Assembly (NCBI GenBank): GCA_050084985.1
Contig: JBITNC010000001.1
Span: 5,642,001-5,706,000 of the forward strand
Length of the DNA stretch: 64,000 nt
Origin: Nageia nagi
Lineage: Eukaryota; Plantae; Pinophyta
Direction of reading: 5' to 3'
The notes under the pieces: generated by a model
The model's input: only the letters and a program-made list of their open reading frames with translations
What the model was told of the DNA's origin: nothing
Database searches by the model: none
Part shown: positions 52,502 through 64,000 of the stretch, in pieces
Layout: each line of letters starts with the position of its first letter
How positions within the stretch are numbered: position 1 is the stretch's first letter
Program-made: the position numbers and the translations under genes

Positions 52502-54584
52502 TGTTAAGAACCCACTATTTCATAATAACCAAATTATTTGCAAATATACATAAAACCACTCTAATATGCAAATACGATTCAAATATGCAAAATCATTACA
52601 AAATATCACTTACTTAAGTAATCAAATAGCTTACACCATTTTAAGGGGGCACCTCCTAGAGAATAAATTTTCTTCTTAAATGCAATATATTTCTTTAGCA
52701 CTTGGTTATTACATGTGGGATAGATACTAATATAACATAAATAATATGTTATGGGGTAATAACATTGCCACCCTCTTAAGCAAGCTTTGTTCTCAAAGCT
52801 TGTACACACCATACATGAAAACATAATAACCTATACACATAAACATGATCATTACCAATCCATTTGAAAATATTTAACCTCAAAGTTTTCCAAAATAAAG
52901 TACAATTCCTCCATAAATAATAGAGGGAGAAAAAAGCCAAGGAATCCAACTTGTCAAAGTAGCCAATAATGCTCCAATATAAATAGGAGCCCATATGAGT
53001 ATCAAAATCCCACCAAGGTAATGATAATGTTGCTATTGAGGAATTATAAACAAAAAGAATGATCCAAAAGAGTAAAAAAAATCACCATGCTAATGTTGTT
53101 CTCTAAATCCCTCCTATAATGCTCTAAAGTCTATCTACTGCCCTCTAAAATCTTGGTATGAATACTCCCTGAAATCCTATTGCTCCCCCATGTCCATGCT
53201 AATATAAGTGAGAGGGATATCCTCACACTCTTCAACATGCTCTAATAAACCTAAAAAAATTGGACTCACATCATCTACACTAATACAAGCTAGATGAAGG
53301 GCCTCACACTCTACAACATACTCCAATAAACCTAAAAAAATTGGTTCCACATCATTTGCACTGATACAAGTGAGAAGAAGGGCCTCATACTCTATAACAT
53401 ACTCTAATAAACCCAAAGAAATTGAATCCACCTCAACAATAAACCCTTGAAGAAAAGTAAATTTCACCTTAAGAGTGATTAATGTATCAAGCATGTCATT
53501 AACCATGTTATAAAATTTAAGTTGATCCCTTTCAAATATTTTCCAAAGTTTATTATTATACTCTTCATTCTTATATTGTTCCAATGTATGTGTATGTAAA
53601 GGTGAAACAAAAGCATCCATTTTTAGAAATTAAAATGACTATAAAATCAATTGATTTTTTTTTTTTTAATTTTTTTTAAAATTTTAGATATGAATAACCA
53701 TCCATATCTAAAATTTTATCCCAAATTGATTTCATATGCAATAGTTATGAAGATTTTACCTTTGCCCCTTTGTTTATCGAAATTGCAATCACCAACTTTA
53801 TCATAAATCAAATAATTCTTCTTAAAGTAACCTAAAATATTTACTGAACACTTATGATAATAATATATGAAAACCCACAAAATTTCAAAAGCAAATTAGA
53901 ATGGGAAACACAAATCTTCTCATAAATCAACCAATATAGATCCAAATAATATGAAATTTTAACAAAATTATTCTCTTATCTATACCAAACTTGTCTATAA
54001 ATTTCAAAAGTAAAAACACCTTATTTCACTCTATATAATCACTTTATTACGATAAATAAAATGCTTATAAAATATGCAAATAAGATTCAAAATACCTAAA
54101 AGTTTTAATAAGCCTTCTTGATGTGATTATCTACAAACCCTCAAAATTTCAATAAAAAATTCATTTGGATGTGTGAGCTATTAAGGATTCAATTAGAATA
54201 AACCAAAATAAAAAGCCTTCAACTTCTCCAAACTCACAAGTGCCAAGACCATGTTCTGATGCCACTTGTTAAGAACCCACTATTTCATAATAACCATATT
54301 ATTCTCAAATAAACATAAAACCACTCCAATATGCAAATATCATTCTAATATGCAAAACCATTACAAAATATCACTCATTGAAGTAACCAAATCGCTTACA
54401 TCACTTTAAGGGGGGCACTTTGAGAGAAGAAGTTCTCTCCTCAAATGAAATGCATTTATTTCTTGATTATTATAATAGGGAAGGCTTCATATAAATAGCC
54501 CTTTATGACCATTCACCTTAGAAACCTATTACATGTGGGATAAATACTAATATAACATAAATAACATGTTATGGGGTCATAACA
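52502..54584 (-). mobile_element. 2.08-kb non-autonomous LTR element (large TRIM-like)
   Basis: LTRs 52502-52764 and 54267-54584. Perfect TSD GATGA. PBS-like GTTCTGATGCCA at 54253-54264; PPT at 52765-52777. Confidence 0.9.
53177..53620 (-). CDS. 147-aa hypothetical ORF with three 27-aa repeats inside the mini-element
   Basis: ATG-initiated and sense to the element. Repeats VxxIxLGLLEYVxExEALxLxCISxxD correspond to an 81-bp DNA unit. Confidence 0.4.
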   Translation of the reverse strand: MDAFVSPLHTHTLEQYKNEEYNNKLWKIFERDQLKFYNMVNDMLDTLITLKVKFTFLQGFIVEVDSISLGLLEYVIEYEALLLTCISANDVEPIFLGLLEYVVECEALHLACISVDDVSPIFLGLLEHVEECEDIPLTYISMDMGEQ

Positions 54585-55939
54585 GATGAGGTACTTGATA
54601 TGTCGTAAGTTGTTTTTAGTCTTTTGATCATATTGACCTGCAATTTTGAAGAAATTATGCTCATGGGGTTGCCATGGCTTAGAAATTTGAAATATTATTA
54701 GTACAATATGCATTCTTTTACGAAAATAATCAGGAGAGAAACGTATGCATTATTATTTTTATGCACCAAATATTCATAGATATAATATCCTTGATTCATA
54801 ACAAAATATATATTTTTTGTGGTATTTTTACAGTGCTAATGTCTTGAATTTGATTTATAGAACGTCAATGGCGTGTTGATTTATGTGGAATTAACAAAAA
54901 TTTCCTCTTACAAACTTGATCATTATAGGGCATATTTGGGAAATAATGGCATTTTCAAAAACCCACTACATGAGATAATAATTTTACCCTCTTATTTAAA
55001 ATTGCATGTAAAACTAGGGCATGGATGTCATTATTTTCTAAGAACTAGCTTTGTAAAAAATAAATTTTATGAAGATAATATAATTTTCAACTTAAATAAA
55101 CATTAAAATCATAATTTCCATCCACCATTTTAGAGAAAATAAAAATAAGTGCATACTTAGGGTTTGGGATTGAAAAGTGATAAAATTTGATTTTGACCTA
55201 TCATTTTCATTTTTGTTGCTATTCATTGAGCTGGAGGTGTTGAATGACTTTCTCACCAATCAACCCTTCTAATTGGTCTGCTACCTATTAGGATTACTTC
55301 CTATTTATTGGTTGCATGGGGCCCTCTAACCTTTGTTTGACCCTCATCTTTTGGTGTGCTTGTTGACATGGCTGATTGGCGGATAGTTGAGAGGCTATTA
55401 TCTCAAAGATGCGAGCATGTGGTGGAGTATCTAAGGAGTTGTCTATATAATCATGTGGTGATTCAGCTTTGTTGATTTTTTCCTATTCCATTTATGAATT
55501 TTGACATTTTTCTATTTATTTTTGTGTTTTCATTGAACTAAGGCATGAACGTGGGTTATTTTTTATATTTTTATCTACAAAAAAATATGATAGGGAGATT
55601 AGGGATTTTATTGTTGTATTTTATGATTTTAAGTTGCTTATAGTTGGTTTATTGTGAGGTTTGGGACTTGCATGTGTATTATTGTAAAACACACAGGGGT
55701 AGGGGGAGAAATTTGGCTAAAAACCCTAGGTTTAGGTATTTCACAAGGAATACTTAATATCAAGGGTGATTATTCTTATTTATTGTAAATTATTTTAAGT
55801 TTTTCAAATTTGAGGGAATTTCTTATTCACATGTCCCTATTTTATTTATCTTGTGTGATTAAATGGATATATTTTTGCAATTTTTAATTTATATCCATGT
55901 ATTCTACATGTTATTAAATTAATTTGTTGTTTTTATGGT

Positions 55940-57202
55940 AAGATCACAAGCATTTGATAAAGGGGATCCCATGAAGCTGGAAGTACTTAACAAGTCGCAA
56001 CTTTGGGCTAGATTGGATTGAGATAATGAAATGTTAGAGATGGTGGGGTTGTACGATTTAGCCATAACAAGGTATATGTGGATTGTTTTTTCTTTGCTAA
56101 TGGACTTGGTGGAGCAATGGGAGCTTAACTCCAACACATTTCACCTTCCCACAAGTTAAATGATAGTTACTTTAGTTGACATTTACAGGATTTGATACAT
56201 TCCTATTCAAGGTAGGCTTATTTATCATGCATCCATTGGGAGTCAAGAGGAGAGAGAAAAACTATCTATCTGGTTAACAAGCAATGAGGACCATGATTAG
56301 GATCATTGAGAAATATACTTGCTTTCAACCTGATAGGTTGATCCAGGTAACAAGATTCTTTAGTTATTGGTGGCATCTATTATAGCTACATTCTTATGTC
56401 CGAACAAGAACAATTCTATATTTGCACTTGGATTGGTATACATAGTATGTGATATATGAGCTATGGTCACTATTTATGCATAGGGGCCATGCATACTCTC
56501 ATAGATATATCATGACTTGCATCACGTGGTGATTATGAGCAAGTCTAATGTTACTATGGCTCACATGGGTCTACTTCAGGTATGGGTATATGAACACATT
56601 ATTATTTTCAAACAAGTACGATTGGTTAGGGAGCAGAGTGATGCTACAAATCTCACCATGTACTGTTAGGTTTCTATTCTTTGATATTTTCAGGCACTAT
56701 GCAATATTGAGGCATTAAGGAGAGAGGTAGATGAACTTCAGGCTGATGATATTATTTGGGTAGTATATTGGGAATATATATAGGATGAGGATGCTTACTG
56801 GACTTCCTAGGTGAGAAATATTATTTTCTTTAGACACGATGCAATGCAGTTAAGTCATATTAACCTAGATGGGTGTTATGGCAATTTGGGTTGACATAGG
56901 ATATCCCATTAGGAGTGGATTACTACCTTAAATAGAGACATGAGGTGAAGGTATCTCAAGGTGCTTTAGCGATGCTCGTATGGATGAATAGATGGAAGGA
57001 GCTCTTCGAGGTTGATGGATCGGTAGTTGTATCATTTGCCCTTGATGTTGTACTTGGGTATGAGGCATGGTGGGAAGGTATCAAGCTTACCCCTCTTGGT
57101 ATTCTTGAGATGGATGATGATAGGATGGAGGTAGAGATTGAGGAATCATCTGATGAGGAAATTGAGATTCCAACTTATGAGCCACCTCCTCAATTCCCCT
57201 AG
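55940..57202 (+). pseudogene. Plant mobile domain (PMD, MAIN/MAIL-like aminotransferase-like) pseudogene, TE-associated
   Basis: LLMDLVEQWELNSNTFHLPTS*MIVTLVDIYRIL (cf. LVERWxxETxTFHLPxGEMTVTLEDV); GPCILS*IYHDLHHV; LLQVWVYEHI; PRWVLWQFG (cf. PDRVxRQFG). A possible Mutator-type terminus GGGAAATAATGGCATTTTC lies at about 54938. Confidence 0.85.
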
Positions 57203-59819
57203 CTTGAGGATCGCACTCAACCGAGATAGATCTTGTTAAATTTATCTTATTTTTTCTGCAAATATATGTATTTAAGTTTTACATTCATGTTTTATATGTG
57301 TTTTTTATTTTAATGTTACAATTTTAATATTTATTTTATATTTTTAGTGTTAGAATTAATAATGTACTATAGTAAATATTATTATTTAAGAAGGTATCTA
57401 AAGAATAATATTTTCACTCTTTATGTAATTGATTATTTAATCCACTACATACTTAAAAGTATTTCTAAATACCTTTTAAGTATTTAATGAATTAAATAAT
57501 CAAATTTGGCCCACATGTAACTTGTCCTACACTCCATCTCATGAGCATGCCCCTTGGGTAAAAGGATGGTGGATGAAATGATTTTATACAGTGGTTAAAA
57601 GAGTGATCCAAGGGAGGATTTTGCGTTATAAATAAAGGGTCCTCTCCTTGAGACCACTCACTCAAGTTTGTAGTATTGTTATGCTCTAGGGTTGTTAGGA
57701 GAAAGGAGAAAGAATTATTGTAAGAGAGTTTTGTATCTTGAGAAGTAATAAAATTTAGTTTAAAGTGGAATACTCTCTTGATAGAGAGGAACCACTATAC
57801 TTGAAGGTGTGACTTATGTGTGTGATTGTTTGAGAGCTTTCTTGAGTTGTTTCTAAGGAGTAGAGGATCACTCCAAGATGATCTCGGGTGTAGGAGCTTT
57901 CAAGTGGTACCATAGCCATCCTTGGAGTCTCTTTTATACTCTTCTTTCAAGCTTGTGAGAGGTAAAATCATATTGAGGTACAATTTTCCCACCTCTTCCT
58001 CTCATTTTGAAGACTAAATTTGCAATATTTCTTGCTCATTTTACAATTTATTAAGATAAAACTAACTTGTTTAAACCATTTTTCTTACATATAAGCTATT
58101 TTTGCTAAATTTAATTTTAGCATTCTTTTGCAAAAAGGCTTACATTTGTTGTAAAATAGCTTTTTTTTTCTGTAAGAATAGTTATTTTTTGTGTGATAAC
58201 ATGTTGCTATACAAGTTTATGATCTTCTACTTGTTAGTCACAAATGTTTATGCAAAAATTTGCTTAGTTATGCAATTTTAACATTATTTTATTAGTTGTA
58301 AATTTTTTGAGTAAGATATAATAATAATGTGTTAACTTGCAATTTATTCTTACTATAATATTTTTGGGTAGAAATGTTTACAAGAATTGCATTTTTTTTT
58401 TTACAATTTTTTTTACACAATTGTTATATGCATTCTTCTATACATTAAAAAAAAAAGGAAGATATTTTTTTTTAAATTTTTATATGTTATTTCAAAATTA
58501 CATTTCTTTTAAGAATATGCAATTTTAAAATGTGTTATTGAAATAATAAAAAAAATATTTTGTTTACATGCTCTTATCTTTTTTTAAAATAAAAAAAGAT
58601 AATACATATTTAAAAAGCATGTATTATTTTTTTTAGATGCTATTTTCAACAATAAAAATTCTATATTAAAAAAATTATATTGATTTTTTTTTAATATATT
58701 AAAAAAATCAAATTGAGGGCATTGTTGTAAAATTTTTAACAAACATTTTTTTAGTGAAGATAATGTTGTCTCATCGCGACCTTCCACCATCTCACAGGCC
58801 AAACCATGCAATTGAAGGCCTACTTAAGCTTCAGATGGTGGGGAGGCGGAGTTGATGAGATTTTTCATTACTTTTTGAAATATGAAATTTTTAAATACGT
58901 ATTTGCTAGATTTATAATTATCTTTTGGATAATTTGAAGTTCATTTATTATATTATTTTTGAAAAAGAAAAATTATTTTTTTTAGAAGTACTTATTAAAA
59001 TAATTAGAATTTCTTTGGGGTTAAGTAATTTTAAATAAGGAGAGTTTACTTAATATTTCAAGGAAAGTTTAATTACTCGTTATTATGAAAGTTATTTTTT
59101 TTTTTAAATGGGGGTGATTCCTTGTTATTTGTTTAAAAAAAGGGGGAGTTAAATTTTTGAAAAAGGTAAATCTTTCTAAGGGGTTTTTAAGCAAGATTAT
59201 TTTTTTACTTTCTCAAAATTAAGGGGGAGTTTTATCTTAAGAAAGGTATTAATTTTTTGAGAAAGTTGTTCTAACCTTGTTTTTACAACAAGATTACCTT
59301 ACAATGTCTTCTAAGCATAGGAAAATAAGGTATCCCATTGCAAGAATGAAGGTAATCGAGAAAACGAAGAATCGACTTTGGAAGAAGGCAAAGAAGAGAG
59401 AAGAAGAAGTCAAGTCAAAGAAATGGTCGATAATTACTGAGAAAATTAAACATACTATGATACTTCTTCAAAATCATCATATAGCTCATCCAAATGAGTT
59501 AATGGCCATAGAGATGACTCATCCTCTAGAGTTGTATTTTCTTTAAGATAGTTTGTATTTTGTTACTTCTTGAGGTGTTAGGACTCTTGTATTAGAGTAT
59601 GTTGAACAAGCTTGTAGAATCATTTCCATGTAAACTAACCACTAACCAAGGAAACTACTAACCTTTTCTTATGTGGTTGTTTCTTTTTTATTGACTCTTT
59701 ACATTGTACATATGCTCAAGCTTAAAGTAAAATGCACTAATCAAAAATCGTAAATTAGATATTCTAACCTACAACTATTTTAGTAATAAATGCACTTACA
59801 AGCTACTAACACAATGATC

Positions 59820-59920
59820 CTTCAAAGTTACTAACCTACAAAGTTACTAACTTGCAAAGTTGCTAACCTACAAAGTTACTAACCTACAAAATACTAACAC
59901 AAATTACAAATTGCTAAGCT
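59820..59920. repeat. 16-bp tandem repeat AAAGTTACTAACCTAC, about 5 copies
   Basis: Direct inspection; lies in the Copia leader. Confidence 0.8.
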
Positions 59921-60258
59921 ATTAAAGTAATTATACAAATTTATACAAGTTTCTTATAATTGCAACAATGATAAACAAGTTGGTTAACTTTATACAAATT
60001 GGTTTAATTTAACATATTTTATTACTTTGATTAATATTACAATGTTGATTGAGCAATTTGATTAGTTACTTGGTTTGGTTAACAACTTGGTCAACTTGCA
60101 ATTTCTTGTTACAAAAGTGCAATTTTTTTTACAAAGTATAAATACTTCCTTAATATCTTTATCTAGTGATTGATCAACCTATAAGTTTTTATCTTCTTAT
60201 GTATTTTTTGAAAAAGTGTAATGCTTTCTTAATCTAAATTGATATTATTGTATAGAAA

Positions 60259-63200
60259 ATGGGTGAATATTTCACACTAAAGGACATCCTCAATGGTTTC
60301 AATAATGGCATCTAGGAACCTAAGATGAAGGTGAAGCTTCAAGTTCATAAGATTTGATAAACTGTTAGTGAAGACCAAGTAGCTCCGATGGAAGCAAGAG
60401 CCATAGAGATTTACAATTACAAGAATGAGTTGTCTACCTCGATGATTTTTCATGTTGTTGTCAATGAGGTCTTGCTTATGATATCAAATACAACTTCTGT
60501 AAAAGAACCTTAGGATTGACTCAAAAAAATATATCTTTGATCAAAGTTCTCAAGAAGGTTCACCATGATCCAACAATTTTTGCAAACTTGTCAAGGGGAG
60601 GATGAGAGTGTTACAATATTCTTGATCAAGATCATTGATCTTAGAACCCAACTTGTGGCTTGCAGTTGTAATTGGATCTATGATGAATTTATGATATTCA
60701 TCATCCTTTAAAGCCTCTCATCCAAATTCAGTCACTTTATGAATGTTGTTGAGAAAAGGCTTGATGATGAAGAGGAACCTTTCTCTTTGGAGAATCTTTC
60801 TAGGCTCTTTTTTAAATCATGAAGATACCATCAACAAGAAAGCATTGGGATCCACACAAAAGTATAACAACATTGCTTTATGTGCAACTAAGCCTCACTT
60901 CAAAAAAAGCATCATAAGAGGTATTCTCATGCTCATAAGAATGGTAAGAAAGGTGGCAATAAGGATCATGAGGGCAATGAAAAATCAAACAATGGCAAGG
61001 CCAAGTTTGATGGGAATTATAACTTTTGTGGTATTTATAGCCACAAGGAGTCTCATTTCTTCAAGAAAAAGAAATAGAAAAATGGAAAAGGGAAAGTGAA
61101 ATCAAATAAAGGAAAGAGAAATAATATAAATGCTTTTATTTCTGGTCTTTATTCCATGTCTCATACTTTTTCAAATGATTGGATAGTATATTCTGGATGC
61201 ACTAACCATATGTGTTTAAAAAAAAACAACTTTCAAAATTTTCACAAACACAAAAAGGATAGGGTTGTGATTGTTGATAACTCTATGCTTGAAGTCCATG
61301 GAATTAGGAGCACTTTTATATATGGTAAAGTGATTGAGAATGTGCTTTATGTGCCTCAATTGAAAATGAATCTACTTATAGTCATTCAAGTGGCAAGAAA
61401 AGGATACTCCTTTGAGTTTACTTCTAATTCTTAGAGTATAAAGAAGGGTTTGTCCACTTTGGTAAAAGATTCTCTCAAAAATGATCTCTACATAGTTGAC
61501 CAAGAGCCTACAAAAATGTGCCTAGCTACAAATGTTTTCTCTAATTGAAATCTTTGGCATCAAATATTAGGCCATATTAATCACAAAATCATTCAACTCA
61601 TGAAAAATTAAAATCTTATGGAAGGATTGCCTTCAATATCACCCATCATTGGCCTTTGTGAGATTTGTATCTTAGGAAAAATGAAAAGGAAAAAGTTTAA
61701 GAAGGATAAGGCAAAAAGTGCTACTCAACTCCAACTAATTCATTCAAATTTGATGGATCCATTTCAAGCTAAGTCTCTTAGAGGAGCTTCCTATGTTCTT
61801 GCCTTCATAGATTACTTAAGTAGGATGACCTTTGGTTATGTAATTGAGCACAAAGATCAAACCTTTGAGATGTTCAAAGAATTCAAGGTCTTTGTTGAAA
61901 ATCAAATCAAATTAAGAATCAATATGCTAAGATTAGATAATGGGTGTGAGTACATTAGCAATGAGTTCAATAAATTTTGTGCAAGGCAAGGAATCAAAAG
62001 ACAATTCACCATCCCTTATAGCCCACAACAAAATGGAGTTGCAAAAAGAAAGAATAGGTCCATAATGGAGATGGCTAGATGCATGTTTAGGAATCATCCT
62101 AAGTTTCTTTGGGGTGAAACAGTAAGCACAACTATCTACACCTTGAATAGATGTCCCACAAAAGCAGTTGAAGTAAAAACTCCTTATGAGGTATAAATAG
62201 GTAAGAAACCTAACATCTCTCATTTAAGGATTTTTGGTTGTGAAGTCTTTTCCTTCATAGTTTTAGAAAAGAGGAACAAGCTAGATAATAAATAAGATAA
62301 ATGCATCTTTGTGGGATATGATAGTCAACATAGAGGGTATAGTATTTACTCTCCTTCAGTAAAAGTAGTATTTGTTTCAAGGGATGTGAAGTTTAATGAG
62401 GATCTTAATGATTCTTCTTCAAGTGAAATCCTTGAAGAACCTTTAGAATTGCCTATGTGGTTGGATCATAATTTAGATAAGTTACCAAAAGAGCAAAATT
62501 CTCCAACTCAAAGGATAACTAGAAGTATGACTTTGTATAAGTCTCTTATTTCCAATATTGAAGATCATAATGAAGCTTCTAACTTTAAGGAGGCTTCTAA
62601 ACATTCTTTTTAGATGGATGCTATGAAGGTGGAATATGAAGCTCTTATGAAAAATGGAACTTGGGACTTGGTTCCATATCCAACCATAAGGAATGTGATT
62701 AGAAATAAATGGATTTACAAAGTCAAGTTCAACTCAAAAGGTGAGATTGAGAAATATAAGGTAAGGTTGGTGGCCAAAGGTTTTGCTAAAAAAATTGAAG
62801 TTGACTATGAGGAAACCTTTGCTCCAATTCCAAATATGTCTATAGTTAGACTCATTTTTTCCCTTTCAGAAGCCCAAGGTTGGAAGATATTCTAACTTAA
62901 TGTGAAAAGTGCCTTTCTCAATGGTGATTTGGATTTTGAGATCTACATGAGTAAGCCTAAGGGGTTTATTATTCTTGAAAAAGAATAACATGTGCGTAAG
63001 TTGAAGAAGACTTTGTATGGACTTAAGCAAGCACCAAGAGCTTGGTATGAGAAGATTTTGGGATACTTTGAAGCTATTAGATTCTCCAAATGCTATATAG
63101 ATTTAGATCTCTATGTGCTCAATGAAGGTAAAGACTTGGTCTTAATCGTTCTTTATGTTGATAATATTTTTACATGGAATAATATATGTATCATCAATGA

Positions 63201-64000
63201 GTGCATATCCAAGCTTAATTCAAAATATGAGATGACAAATCTTGATCTCTTGCATTACTATCTTGGTATGCAAGTATATCAATATAAGGATTGTACCTAC
63301 CTTAGTCAATCCAAATACACCTTAGATATTCTACAGAAGTTTGAAATTAAAGAATGCAAGTCGTTGGATATTCCTATGTCTCTTGGAATCAATTTAGAGA
63401 TTGGATCTAACTCTTAGTTGGAAAATGCTAAAACTTATATGTAGTTAATTTGATGGTAAGGTTAATGCAAAAACCTTATGTTGAGTATCTCTCTATAGCT
63501 AAAAACATATTGAGGTATATTGCAGGCACTAAGGATCTAGCCCTCAAATATACCAAGTTACCTTTCTTTGTTCTTTCATAATTCTTAGATTTTGAATATT
63601 GAGGTGAAAAAGAGGATATGAAATCTACTTAAGCTTATGTGTTTAGCATTGGTTTAAGCACTATCGCTTGGTCTTCCTAGAAGCATCCCACCATCACTCT
63701 TTCCACTATAAAGGAATAATATAGAGCTATGATAGTTGAAGCTTAGGATGCTATTTGGTTGAAAAATATTCTGAAGAAAATTGGGTTTGAACGATCTGAT
63801 CCTACCCAAATTTCTTCAAATAATCAATCAACCATTACTTTAGCCAAGAAGTCTATTTACCATCAAAGAATGAAGTATGTAGAAATCCAAGCTCATTTTA
63901 TTAGGAAGAAAGTTTTAGATGGGACTTTGTAGCTTTAGTATTGTCCATCGAACTTGAACTCTGATGATTTATTCACCAAACCTCTCTCAAAGGCTTAGTT
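60259..64000 (+). pseudogene. Copia gag-pol polyprotein (gag, protease, integrase, RT, RNase H) with many stops
   Basis: DWIVYSGCTNHM (protease); LWHQILGHIN; LRLDNGCEY..PYSPQQNGVAKRKNRSIMEMARCM (integrase); KYKVRLVAKGF, LYGLKQAPRAW, VLYVDNI (RT); DLFTKPL (RNase H). The PR-INT-RT-RH order is Copia. Confidence 0.96.

Larger units (their letters stand above)
57348..64000 (+). mobile_element. Ty1/Copia retrotransposon (5' LTR, PBS, 2.35-kb leader, gag-pol), running off the window
   Basis: LTR 57348-57902 (TG..CA), similar to the reverse complement of the LTRs at 41408 and 48556. PBS TGGTACCATAGCC at 57905. Confidence 0.9.

Overview
AT-rich eukaryotic plant DNA, most likely a large gymnosperm-type genome (inferred from the giant intron, Ogre/Tat-style LTR and TE families). 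It is almost entirely transposable-element debris. The only recognisable host gene is the first coding exon of a CASP-like protein 5 (CASPL5B-type) gene on the minus strand (19979-20109), with a CpG-rich promoter/5'UTR at about 20.1-21.2 kb. I could not find its exon 2, so 1-19978 appears to be one intron of at least 20 kb. That intron holds nested elements: a Copia interrupted by a gag-only mini-element; a G-patch element interrupted by a gag+protease-only chromovirus-like element, whose 5' LTR is in turn interrupted by a 5.5-kb solo LTR; a 1-kb solo LTR; and a Gypsy integrase interrupted by a hAT deletion derivative. Upstream of the gene lie a fold-back MULE-MITE, a 5.7-kb CACTA, two related Copia elements, a 2.1-kb non-autonomous LTR element with a repeat-built ORF, and a PMD (plant mobile domain) pseudogene. 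The most unusual object is the 5.5-kb solo LTR (8520-14005). It carries its own decayed gene of about 900 codons, a second TATA box, and an upstream array of eight palindromic repeats separated by unique spacers. All boundaries and translations outside the supplied ORF track were read by eye.
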